This document shows positions 1 to 8,749 of a DNA stretch of 64,000 nucleotides, one piece after another (the first letter of the stretch is position 1; each line of letters begins with the position of its first letter). Below the pieces are notes generated by a model. That model was not told the DNA's origin and searched no databases. It was given only the letters and a program-made list of their open reading frames with translations. The stretch is from an uncultured Nitrospira sp. GTDB taxonomy: Bacteria; Nitrospirota; Nitrospiria; Nitrospirales; Nitrospiraceae. The stretch spans positions 5,304 through 69,303 of the forward strand of contig CAYQDJ010000005.1 of assembly GCA_964416255.1 (NCBI GenBank), given 5' to 3'. The translations under genes and the position numbers were made by a program.

Positions 1-1368
1 GACGCGGACATCCAGATAATCGCGGAAGATCCAGCGGTCACCTAGACGCCAGGCCGGCATCCTCCCATCGATAAAGATCTTCGTTTCGGGCAGCCACCAG
101 AGCAGGAATCCTCCGTATTGGTAATCATGCACCGGCCGAGTGCCGACACGCGCACGATGCAGATGCAGCCATTCGACGGCTTCGATCGGGTACGACGTCC
201 GACGAAAAGCGGCCGCCGGGTTCACTCCGAATTGCCATACATTCCGAAGATGATCCGAACCGAGGTACGTCAGGAACAGCCCCAGCACCACGGTTCCTCC
301 AAGCGACCAAAAGGACGGGTGCATTCGGCGCACCACGGGCTTGGCGGCAATCGAGTGACGCGCCTCTTCCAACACGTCCGCGACGAGCGGCAAGCTGACG
401 ATGAGAAACAGCGGAATATTCCGCAAATGCCGCCAGGCGAGGAGGAAGAACACGGCCAGAATTCCCCAACGAACCGGTTCCATCCGTCGATACCAACACA
501 CCATTGCTGCGGCGAGCAGCGCCACCGCGGTCACGAAGAGTCGTCCCGCAAGCGTGTCGAGGGTCACCGGATGCCATTCTTGAATGGTGGTAATCATCAA
601 ACCATCGGCCAAGGAATCAAGGATCTCTTGGTGCAATCGCCACCCATAGGGATTGACGAACGTGAGCAGCCCTCCCAAACAGGTGGCGAATAGCAGCGCG
701 CCGGCGTCCGCGACGGTCAATGGCCTCCCGGCGCTGAGCCCTGCCCTCGGCCACCGCTGGTCGATCAAAAAGGCAGTCCCTGACAATCCGACCACCAGCG
801 CGAGATAAAACAGCCCGGCTGTAAACCCCCCATGGAGATTGGCCCACAGGAGGAAGAACGGCGGAATCAGCCAGACCATCCTGCCCTGTCCGTGAGTCAT
901 GCGATGGACGATCCACATCAACGCGGCAAGGCCCAACAAGGTCAGCATTTGTGTGCGGGCGCCAAGAAACGGGAGCGCGACCCATAACGAGAGCGAACAA
1001 GCCATCAATCGAACGGGCAGGCTCGCCATGCTGCAACGCGCAGCGATCAGCCACGCGCCGGCGGTGACCATCGCGAAGTATCCAATGACGCTCAGGGCCC
1101 CGAAGGAGCCGCCCGCCTGGTACAGACTCGCGATAAGGAGGTCGGTCAACCAGGCATGTTCCACCCACGGCCAATCGGGCATGGTATGGGAGTAAGGATC
1201 CAGCGGGGGCAGACGGCCTCCCTGTTCGATCAGGTCCAGACCGGTTCGGAGATGCCACCCAAAATCCGGCTCCGTCAGCGGTTGGAGCGTGAAGTTCGCG
1301 ACCACCAGCGCCAAGAGCATCGACAAAGCCGTGGTCGAGGGGAAGGGCCGGGGACGAGGAGGGGTCAT
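1..1368 (-). CDS. Polytopic membrane protein, GT-C-like glycosyltransferase family (3' end runs off the window; not in the ORF track)
   Basis: Translated by hand from ATG 1368 (ATGA overlap with the carbamoyltransferase stop), open to base 1. Motifs EPDFGWHLRTG, DPYSHT, WVEHAWL, LWANLHGGF, NPYG, IQEW, RHLRNIPLF, YGGFLLW..KIFIDGR, plus many hydrophobic segments. Confidence 0.75.
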   Translation of the reverse strand, partial: MTPPRPRPFPSTTALSMLLALVVANFTLQPLTEPDFGWHLRTGLDLIEQGGRLPPLDPYSHTMPDWPWVEHAWLTDLLIASLYQAGGSFGALSVIGYFAMVTAGAWLIAARCSMASLPVRLMACSLSLWVALPFLGARTQMLTLLGLAALMWIVHRMTHGQGRMVWLIPPFFLLWANLHGGFTAGLFYLALVVGLSGTAFLIDQRWPRAGLSAGRPLTVADAGALLFATCLGGLLTFVNPYGWRLHQEILDSLADGLMITTIQEWHPVTLDTLAGRLFVTAVALLAAAMVCWYRRMEPVRWGILAVFFLLAWRHLRNIPLFLIVSLPLVADVLEEARHSIAAKPVVRRMHPSFWSLGGTVVLGLFLTYLGSDHLRNVWQFGVNPAAAFRRTSYPIEAVEWLHLHRARVGTRPVHDYQYGGFLLWWLPETKIFIDGRMPAWRLGDRWIFRDYLDVRV

Positions 1369-3089
1369 CGGCTTACATGAGAGGACGGACGCGGGACCAA
1401 CTCATTGCCAAGTACCAGCCACTCGACCTCCGTTCTCAAGAAGCACCGGATGGCCTCGTGAGGGCTACAGACAATGGGTTCCTGCACATTGAAGGAGGTA
1501 TTCAACAAGACCGGGACGCCGGTGCGTCGTGCGAAGGCTTCAAGCAAGCGTCTGAACAGCGGATTGGAATCTTGATCGACCGTTTGCACACGGGCCGAGC
1601 CGTCAACGTGCACCACCGCAGGAATCAAGCCCTTCGCACGAGGCTGCACTTGGGCCGTGATCGTCATGAACGGCGAGGGAGCGGGAAGATCGAAATAGTG
1701 GTCGGCCTGCTCTTCCAAGACCGCAGGGGCAAATGGTCGGAACAGTTCGCGTTGCTTGACCTTGGCATTGATCACCGCCCGAATATCCTCGCGGCGGGGA
1801 TCGGCGAGCAAACTGCGATTGCCCAACGCACGAGGCCCCCATTCCATCCGGCCCTGGAACCAAAACACCAGGCGACCGCAGGATAATTCCGAGGCAACTT
1901 TTTCGCACAGCGCCTCATCGGACAGGCGATACCCCGTCAATCCGGCTTGATGCAAGGCGTCGGTGTATTCCCGGTCTGAATACTGGGGCCCATAATAGGC
2001 CGCCGTCATCACGGCAGGTTCTTTCATCCAACCTTGTCGCACACTATGCCAGAGCGCGGCACCCATGGCGGCGCCCGAATCACCTGCTGCGGGAGGAATA
2101 AACAGGTCGCGGAAGCCGGCTTCGCGCCAGAGCCGGCTGTTGGCGACACAGTTGTATGCGACTCCTCCGGCAAGACACAGATGCTCGGCCCTGGTCGTGT
2201 TCCTAAGAAAGCGCGCCAAATGCAGGAGGACCTCTTCCAAGACAAGTTGCACGCTGGCGGCGATATCTCGATGTCGCTGGGCGAGATCGTCCTGGGCGCG
2301 CCGGTTCGTCCCCAGGAGGTCCGTCAACGCCCGAGAAAACCGGCCGACACGGGCGAGATGAAAATCCAGCACCCGTGTATTCAACGCGAATTGGCCGTCC
2401 GGCTCCACACGGAGCAGGTGACGACGAATGACCTCCGCATAGCAGGGCTCTCCGTAGGCCGCCAGTCCCATCACAATGTATTCGTCTTGATCGGGAACAA
2501 AGCCCAGATAACTGGTCATGGCCGCATAGTATTGTCCCAGCGAATGCGGCAAGGGAGTCCGCGCCAGCACATCGATCTGACGCCGGTCGGCCGTGCCCAG
2601 GAGCGTCGAATGGGATTCCGAGGCGCCGTCGACCACCAGGACGGCCGCCCGTTCGTAGGGGGAGGCGAACATGCTGCTGGCCGCATGACAGAGATGATGA
2701 TCGAGGAAGATCGGCTGAGGGCAGACGGTGCCATCGACCGCGCGTGTCAGATACCGGCGCAGCAGCAGGAGTTCCTTCCATTCCTGCGCCAGCCGCTCGG
2801 CTGCGCGCTGACCTTTGACCCAGCACAACTGCGGAGACCGCAGCATGGCCATTAGGGCAAGCGCCGCCCGCCGACCAAGTTCCCAGTACTTCCAAGGAAC
2901 GACCACGGCATCGACCTCGCTGAGCCGAACCCGCCCTTCCTGGAGACAGAAGCGGATGGCGTGAAGCGGCACGGCCGAAACGTGTTTGACCCGCACAAAC
3001 CGCTCTTCCTCAGCCGCCGCCACGACTCGGCCGTCCTCGACCAGCACCGCCGCCGCATCGCGCATATTGGACAGGCCTAATACCCTCAT
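1365..3089 (-). CDS. Carbamoyltransferase, NodU/CmcH/TobZ family
   Basis: Motifs HHLCHAASS, YIVMGLAAYG, LCLAGGVAYNCVAN, QGRMEWGPRALGNRS, FRPFAP, HVDGSARVQTV, LLNTSFN. Start placed at ATG 3089 (MRVLGLS). Confidence 0.92.
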   Translation of the reverse strand: MRVLGLSNMRDAAAVLVEDGRVVAAAEEERFVRVKHVSAVPLHAIRFCLQEGRVRLSEVDAVVVPWKYWELGRRAALALMAMLRSPQLCWVKGQRAAERLAQEWKELLLLRRYLTRAVDGTVCPQPIFLDHHLCHAASSMFASPYERAAVLVVDGASESHSTLLGTADRRQIDVLARTPLPHSLGQYYAAMTSYLGFVPDQDEYIVMGLAAYGEPCYAEVIRRHLLRVEPDGQFALNTRVLDFHLARVGRFSRALTDLLGTNRRAQDDLAQRHRDIAASVQLVLEEVLLHLARFLRNTTRAEHLCLAGGVAYNCVANSRLWREAGFRDLFIPPAAGDSGAAMGAALWHSVRQGWMKEPAVMTAAYYGPQYSDREYTDALHQAGLTGYRLSDEALCEKVASELSCGRLVFWFQGRMEWGPRALGNRSLLADPRREDIRAVINAKVKQRELFRPFAPAVLEEQADHYFDLPAPSPFMTITAQVQPRAKGLIPAVVHVDGSARVQTVDQDSNPLFRRLLEAFARRTGVPVLLNTSFNVQEPIVCSPHEAIRCFLRTEVEWLVLGNELVPRPSSHVSR

Positions 3090-3096
3090 GCGCAGG

Positions 3097-3125
3097 AGAA
3101 TAATTGAGTGCTGCGCGGGTAGCAA
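3097..3125 (-). promoter_or_regulatory. sigma70-like promoter, leaderless geometry, for the carbamoyltransferase
   Basis: TTGCTA-N17-TATTCT, then 7 nt, then ATG 3089, with no SD. Confidence 0.5.
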
Positions 3126-3140
3126 GCGGAGAAACACCCG

Positions 3141-3169
3141 TTGCTTTCCATCGGAGTTTCCGGTACCGT
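3141..3169 (+). promoter_or_regulatory. sigma70-like promoter for the caspase-fold gene
   Basis: TTGCTT-N17-TACCGT, divergent from the carbamoyltransferase promoter. Confidence 0.4.
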
Positions 3170-3200
3170 GGCGCACTTCAGCCCGGCAATAAGGCGCGCG

Positions 3201-5102
3201 TTGACTGTACCCAGCCCCACATCGACGGCTAATTTCTGGCGACCGCTCGGCCGCGCGCTCCTCGTATGCGCCGCCTTCATGACCATTGGGTGTGCGAGCC
3301 GCATGGAATTCCCCCCCATGGGAGAACCGCTGGACCGCACAGCCAAACTCGAGATTCCGGCATCGCTCAAGAAATTGACCGCGGAATATGTGGACTCCTG
3401 CGGGCATATGATCCAGCTTCCGATCGGATCACGTCTGGAGGAAGCCCTGGTGGAAGGCGCGTATCGGACGTTCAAGCGTGTCGTTTATGAGGGCGGGGGC
3501 AGTAAAAATGCGACGCCCGATGTCCTGCTGCGCGTCGATCTCGTCAGCTGGTCGTTCAGCATCGATAAAGACTATCTCTATGATCGGGCGCCGGCCAAAT
3601 TGCAGCTCAATGCCATGGCCCGTGTGTACGACATGGACGGCGCGCTCTTACGCGAGACGGAGATCAAGACGCAGCGACAAGAGCGTCTGCGCCTCGAACT
3701 CCATCAAAAAAACTGCGACTATATTATCGACCCATTCCTTCAAGACAGCGTGGTGGACTTCGCCACAAAAGTCTCGATGGACGCCAGGCAGACGTTTGGC
3801 GCGCCGTCCCTCTCCCAGGCGGCACACATGCCTCCGACGATCCAAGGGACGGCGGCACCGGCGCCCTCAGTCGCGGATTCGTCGCCGCCCTCAGTCTCGC
3901 GCACCGCTCCCGCGACCCCGTCCGTCCTTCGGTTCAAAGCCATGGTGCTCGACGAAAACGGCAACCTCATCCTGGAAGGCGGCGAACGCCTGCGCGTGCG
4001 CGTGGACATCGTCAATACGGGCGCGGCTTCGGTCCCAGGAGCCTCCGCCGCACTGACTGGGACGCCGTTCGTCCTCGACCAATTTCCCACGACGACCTTG
4101 TCCGTGCCTCCTTTGCAGCCGGGCGAAACGAAATCCCTCGAGTTTATCGCCACCCTGCCGCCGACGGTGCGACCGCAAAAGGCCGAGTTGCAGGTGGCCG
4201 TGACGGAAGCAGGCGCTCCCGAACCGTCGTTACCGCCTCAAACGCTCCCGCTGACGATTCAGCCGACCGGCGTCAAGGCGGAGGACGTCGACCAGATTCC
4301 TGTCCCGGTGGCCGGCTTTCATCAACCGCACACCTATCTGATATCGATCGGCATCAGCTCCTATCGCGATCGGCAACTGTCGACTCGCAAGTATGCCTCG
4401 CTCGACGCCGAAATGGTCGCGCACTATTTTCAGTCACTCGGAGGACTTCCGGCCTCGAACGTTCGCCTCCTTCAGGATTGGAAGGCGTTGAAGCCGGATA
4501 TCGACGAAGCCCTCCTCGATTGGCTCCCTTCGCACATGACCAAGGAGGCCGTCGTCATCGTCTATTTTGCAGGCCAGGCGTTGGTTTCGCCAAAAGGAGA
4601 CGTCTTCCTGGTCCCGTACGAAGGAAGCGCCACGGCCGTCAACAGGCTCTATCCGTTGAAAGACCTCGAAGCGGCCCTCTCACGGCTGAAGGCTAAACAA
4701 ACCGTCCTTCTGTTTGACGGACCGGTCGCCAAACTGTCCGGCGCGGCCAAGACGAAATCAACGGCGCCCAAGTGGGATCTCGGCGGGAATGGCATGATCC
4801 GGCTGATCGCAGGCGAGGGGATGAGCCAAGGCTTGGAGGACGATAAGCACCGGCATGGATTGTTTACCTACTATCTTTTGCGCGGACTTCGAGGAGAAGC
4901 GGATCGGAACCGCGATGGCGAGGTCACGTTCGAGGAAGTTGCCGGCTACGTCACTCAGAAAGTCGCCTGGGCTTCGAAATCTCAGTTTCATGTCGAACAG
5001 CAACCTCACTTGTTTCCTCCGCTCAAACCGGGTGAGCAGCCGGGCGCCTTCCTCCTGACGAAACCGGCGTCGATCAGCGGGTTACAGACCTCTTCTCCTT
5101 AG
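3201..5102 (+). CDS. Probable lipoprotein with an Ig/CARDB-like middle domain and a C-terminal peptidase C14 (caspase-fold) domain lacking the catalytic dyad
   Basis: Lipobox-like FMTIGC. Caspase-fold motifs LISIGISSY, VYFAGQA, LLFDGP, HGLFTYYLLRGLRGEAD.N.DG.VT and QQP. Start codon uncertain (TTG 3201 chosen; the ORF opens at 3141). Confidence 0.75.
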   Translation: MTVPSPTSTANFWRPLGRALLVCAAFMTIGCASRMEFPPMGEPLDRTAKLEIPASLKKLTAEYVDSCGHMIQLPIGSRLEEALVEGAYRTFKRVVYEGGGSKNATPDVLLRVDLVSWSFSIDKDYLYDRAPAKLQLNAMARVYDMDGALLRETEIKTQRQERLRLELHQKNCDYIIDPFLQDSVVDFATKVSMDARQTFGAPSLSQAAHMPPTIQGTAAPAPSVADSSPPSVSRTAPATPSVLRFKAMVLDENGNLILEGGERLRVRVDIVNTGAASVPGASAALTGTPFVLDQFPTTTLSVPPLQPGETKSLEFIATLPPTVRPQKAELQVAVTEAGAPEPSLPPQTLPLTIQPTGVKAEDVDQIPVPVAGFHQPHTYLISIGISSYRDRQLSTRKYASLDAEMVAHYFQSLGGLPASNVRLLQDWKALKPDIDEALLDWLPSHMTKEAVVIVYFAGQALVSPKGDVFLVPYEGSATAVNRLYPLKDLEAALSRLKAKQTVLLFDGPVAKLSGAAKTKSTAPKWDLGGNGMIRLIAGEGMSQGLEDDKHRHGLFTYYLLRGLRGEADRNRDGEVTFEEVAGYVTQKVAWASKSQFHVEQQPHLFPPLKPGEQPGAFLLTKPASISGLQTSSP

Positions 5103-5184
5103 CGGCGAATCCCCGCCGCCTTGCCGGCCCCCTCAGCGAGACCGATTCACAGTTGTTGTACGGCTCGCCGGTGACGGCAAGCAC

Positions 5185-5217
5185 AAAAAAAAGGGTGAGG
5201 ATTTCTCCCCACCCTTT
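5185..5217 (-). terminator. Intrinsic terminator of the cytochrome c gene
   Basis: Minus strand AAAGGGTGGGGA-GAAA-TCCTCACCCTTT followed by a T-run, just after stop 5243. Confidence 0.75.
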
Positions 5218-5242
5218 CACAATCTCTGCTGCCGCTCGACGA

Positions 5243-5689
5243 TTACTCGCTCTTGCAGAAGCTCCGCTCGTAGTTGATGATGGTCCAGGCTTCCTCTTCC
5301 GTGATGGCGGCCGGGATCAAGGAGACCATGCCGGTCCCTGCGCTGCCGTTCTTGATGACCCAAAAGAGCTCGCCGTCTTTCCGCTTCTTATGGAATTTGC
5401 AGTTCGTGAAGTCCCGAGGGCTGGGATTCAGAATCGCGCCCGCCGGTCCGTCCCCCTTGCCTTCCTTACCGTGACAGTTAAAGCAGGTGCCTTTTCCCTC
5501 GAACAACGCCTTGCCCTTCGCAATGCTTTCCGGAGTCGAAGCGACCGGATTCTTCATCGCCTTGGCATCCGAGAGCTGGTCGGCAGGGACGCGGGATTTC
5601 AAGGGATCCTTTTCTTCGGCGCCCACCACGGTGGCCGACATTAACATCAGGGCTGCACCAATTCCCAAAAACCTGGACAGATACCCCAT
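5243..5689 (-). CDS. Periplasmic monoheme class I cytochrome c
   Basis: Signal peptide, single CFNCH heme motif, GDGPAG..LNPSPRDFT, distal Met in GTGM, SD AGGAGG before ATG 5689. Confidence 0.9.
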   Translation of the reverse strand: MGYLSRFLGIGAALMLMSATVVGAEEKDPLKSRVPADQLSDAKAMKNPVASTPESIAKGKALFEGKGTCFNCHGKEGKGDGPAGAILNPSPRDFTNCKFHKKRKDGELFWVIKNGSAGTGMVSLIPAAITEEEAWTIINYERSFCKSE

Positions 5690-5785
5690 CACACTTCCTC
5701 CTTTGTGTTGGAATCCACTGCACATGAATCGGCCAATGGCCGCTGGCTTATAACAGTACCCAGCAAGAGTCCAAGAAGCGTTCGA

Positions 5786-5815
5786 ACTATAACAACGCCT
5801 TTTGATTCTTGTCAA
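5786..5815 (-). promoter_or_regulatory. sigma70-like promoter of the cytochrome c gene
   Basis: TTGACA-N18-TATAGT. Confidence 0.55.
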
Positions 5816-5855
5816 CAAATCATCCCGTCAACCGGATGCTTCCCCGTCATATTTC

Positions 5856-6042
5856 TAGGAGCTTGTCCGACATTGCCGTTCGTGACGAGGCGAAGGAGGT
5901 GCGGCAAGCTGCGAGGCCGCAGGCCCGGAAAAACCGGAGGCGTATTCGTTGGAATACATTGAGAATTTTTTCTGGTCGAGAACGACCAGATGGTTGCAGA
6001 TCGTTCGCTGCGGTAGAAAGCGCAATGTTGGACAGGCTCCTA
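5856..6042. mobile_element. MITE-like 187-bp element with 21-bp terminal inverted repeats
   Basis: Left TAGGAGCTTGTCCGACATTGC (5856-5876) and right GCAATGTTGGACAGGCTCCTA (6022-6042) match 19/21, with TA at both ends and internal hairpins. No transposase. Confidence 0.6.
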
Positions 6043-6222
6043 AGCATCACACCTCATGCCAATACCCCCGGACAGTCGAACCACACGGCGTTGCGGCGTT
6101 GCCAACCCTGGAGGGAACGGACCTGTCAAAACGTGACACCATGGCGCCTCATGGCCTCAATGGCACTTGGTTCTACGTTTTGACTCGACGAATGAACGGA
6201 AGAAAAGAAGAACGGTGGGAGG

Positions 6223-7131
6223 TTATCGCTTGAGAACAATATCGCGGGCGACCTTCCCGCTTGGCCCGAACGGTTTTTGAGGCTTTCCGTTCAGTTCTGC
6301 CTTGACGCCGCCGGCATTGCCCAGCGTCAGGATGAACTGATCTTGCGCTTTCCAATTCGCTTTTTCACCCGGCCGAAGCAAAGCCTCTTGCGGACTGCCG
6401 TTGTCGATTTGCACTACGACCCAGCTCAGTTCCGTCGCCTCCAGATCCAACACCAATTGCCCATCGTGAGCCGCCGCTCCGTCGAGGGAGATACCGGACA
6501 AGGGCCCTTCGATCGCCGGGAGGGTCGCGAACTCCGGTTCCGGTTTCGCCGCGAGAGCCGGAGGCACCGGCAACTCGCTCGGTCGGGAATCATGGGCGGC
6601 TCTGGGCGCCTGGGCAGGCCCCTCGCTCGGCCTCGGCACGGCGGCGGGAGGCACGGCCTGCGGTTGAACGGTGCCCTCGCCCGGATCTTTGGCCATTGGC
6701 GTCACGCGTTTGGAGGACGACACGTCGGGGCTTCCCCTCCGCAGCATCGGGGACTGTTCCCGACTGAGGAGAAACACCAGCGTCAACACGGCGATGCCGA
6801 TGGCGACCGCCACCGCTTTCCGATTCGCCCGCCGCTTACGCTCTTCCTCTGCCTGGCGCACCTTCAAACGTTCGCGTTCATCCTGCTTCTCATAAAACGC
6901 GCCGGCCGACTGGATGAATCGGTGAATGGCATCTTCTTCGTCGAGGCCCAACGAGCGTGCATACGAGCGAACAAACCCCTTGGCGAAGACTTGGTCGGGC
7001 AGTTTCGCAAAGTTTCCATCCTCCAGCGCCCTCACAAAATCCGATCGGATGCGCGTTTTGGAGGCGACCTCGTCGACCGTCAACCCCTTCGTTTCGCGCA
7101 CTTGCTTGAAGAACTCACCTACGGATTCCAT
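6223..7131 (-). CDS. rodZ: RodZ-family protein (HTH, TM, DUF4115)
   Basis: N-terminal HTH with KGFVRSYARSLGLD, a basic stretch, one TM helix, and C-terminal ELSWVVVQID...LTLGNAGGV. Confidence 0.85.
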   Translation of the reverse strand: MESVGEFFKQVRETKGLTVDEVASKTRIRSDFVRALEDGNFAKLPDQVFAKGFVRSYARSLGLDEEDAIHRFIQSAGAFYEKQDERERLKVRQAEEERKRRANRKAVAVAIGIAVLTLVFLLSREQSPMLRRGSPDVSSSKRVTPMAKDPGEGTVQPQAVPPAAVPRPSEGPAQAPRAAHDSRPSELPVPPALAAKPEPEFATLPAIEGPLSGISLDGAAAHDGQLVLDLEATELSWVVVQIDNGSPQEALLRPGEKANWKAQDQFILTLGNAGGVKAELNGKPQKPFGPSGKVARDIVLKR

Positions 7132-7138
7132 ACATCCT

Positions 7139-7834
7139 CTACGGCCTCAATCGCGTCAACAGATCCTCGGCAGCGGCGCCATATTCGCCACCTTTGTCCA
7201 GCGTCGTGACTTTGATCAGCATCTCGCGAGCCCGGGCATTGTAGCCCATTTTGTAATACACGCGGCCTAACTCCAGTTGCACCATCGCGGGCGGCACACT
7301 GGGCGGATTGACGGTCACGGCATCCTCCAGGACTTCCATGGAGGCTTGCAGGTCGCCTTCGTGAGCAAGCGCCCGTCCCAAGTGGTACCGGGCAAGATCA
7401 GGCGTGGGATACAAGGGGTTCGACAACGCTTGGCGGTAGGCCTTGATCGCCTCATCCCACCGGTCTTGGCTTGCCAAAACTTGTCCCAAATAGGTGTGTG
7501 CCTCTGAAAACGCCTCGTCGATGCTGAGCGCCGCTCGAAACTCTTCTTCCGCGCGGGTCAACTTCCCTTGCAACGCGTAAATATGTCCCAGCGCATAATG
7601 GGCATCCTTGTTGTGGGGGTTCAGTTGAACCGCTTTTTGAAACGAGACGAAGGCTTTCTGCCGGTCACCGGTCAGGCTGGCCACGCCTTCCTGATAATAG
7701 CCTTGAGATTTCTGAATGGCCTCTTCGCTGGTCGCGCAGCCGGCGAGCAGCCCGAATAAGAAGCATCCTCTGATCATCGAGCTTCGCAACGTCGACCGAA
7801 GATCCCCTTCCGTCACACAGGTGCCATGGCTCAC
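7139..7834 (-). CDS. TPR lipoprotein, PilW/PilF-like type IV pilus stability factor
   Basis: Lipobox LLAGC, TPRs, ALSNPLYPTP motif, directly upstream of rodZ as in the conserved pilF-rodZ order. True start probably nearer MIRGC. Confidence 0.7.
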   Translation of the reverse strand: MSHGTCVTEGDLRSTLRSSMIRGCFLFGLLAGCATSEEAIQKSQGYYQEGVASLTGDRQKAFVSFQKAVQLNPHNKDAHYALGHIYALQGKLTRAEEEFRAALSIDEAFSEAHTYLGQVLASQDRWDEAIKAYRQALSNPLYPTPDLARYHLGRALAHEGDLQASMEVLEDAVTVNPPSVPPAMVQLELGRVYYKMGYNARAREMLIKVTTLDKGGEYGAAAEDLLTRLRP

Positions 7835-8745
7835 TGAATGTCCTCGAAATGGGTCAATCGCTTAAACTCCCGATATCGCGCTTGGATCTCTTTGTAATCC
7901 AGGATGCGCAATCGGTCAAGACTAAAGGCTTCAACGGTAAATGAGGCCATGACGCTCCCGAAGATGATGGCCTGTTTCATGGCCTCGAGCGATCGATTGC
8001 CCGTCGCGGCCAAGTATCCCAAGAAGCCTCCGGCAAACGTATCCCCGGCGCCCGTCGGATCGCGGACGTCTTCAAGGGGAAAGGCCGGAGCTCCGAACAC
8101 CTGGCTGCCGGTGAACATCAATGCGCCGTACTCCCCGCGCTTGACGATCAGATGTTTCGGGCCTCTGGACAGCACAAGCTTGGCCACTTTGACGAGATTG
8201 GACTCCTGGCCCAAGGCCCGGGCTTCGCCGTCGTTGATGATCAAGACGTCCACCCGTTCCAGCACCTTCCACAGGGCCTCACGCTTCCCATGGATCCAAA
8301 AATTCATCGTGTCACAGGCCACGAGCGCCGGACGCTCCACTTTCTGCAAGACATCGAGTTGGAGTTCCGGATCGATGTTGCCCAGAAACAAAACCTCGGG
8401 GGAACGATACGCTTCGGGAATCTTCGGACGGAACGTTTCAAATACGTTCAGTTTGGTGTCGAGCGTATGCGCTTCGTTGAGCTGATGCGTGTATTCGCCC
8501 GTCCATCGAAAGGTGGCACCCGGTCGCCGTTCGAGCCCGGACAGATCAATGCCTCGGCTTTTGAGAAACGCCACATGCTGAGACGGGAAATCCTCTCCCA
8601 CCACCGCGATCAGCGCCACCGTCGTAAAGAAACTGGCGGAGGTCGAAAAATAGGTCGCCGATCCTCCCAGAATGTCCGTCCCCTCGCCAAACGGAGTTTT
8701 TACCGTATCAAGCGCCACTGATCCGACCACCAATAGTTTGCCCAT
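7831..8745 (-). CDS. PfkB-family carbohydrate/nucleoside kinase
   Basis: GGSATY at the N-terminus, VKRGEYGA, DPTGAGDTFAGG signature. Confidence 0.9.
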   Translation of the reverse strand: MGKLLVVGSVALDTVKTPFGEGTDILGGSATYFSTSASFFTTVALIAVVGEDFPSQHVAFLKSRGIDLSGLERRPGATFRWTGEYTHQLNEAHTLDTKLNVFETFRPKIPEAYRSPEVLFLGNIDPELQLDVLQKVERPALVACDTMNFWIHGKREALWKVLERVDVLIINDGEARALGQESNLVKVAKLVLSRGPKHLIVKRGEYGALMFTGSQVFGAPAFPLEDVRDPTGAGDTFAGGFLGYLAATGNRSLEAMKQAIIFGSVMASFTVEAFSLDRLRILDYKEIQARYREFKRLTHFEDIQ

Positions 8746-8749
8746 CTTC

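Noticed and set aside
118-1258. Track ORFs 118..693(+), 125..577(-) and 617..1258(-)
   Set aside because: Shadows of the real reading frame starting at 1368, which is open to the window edge.
6277-7209. Long antisense ORFs over rodZ, gltD (33027..34571), DegT (56755..57651) and many others
   Set aside because: Expected from GC-rich codon bias; no SD or family motifs.
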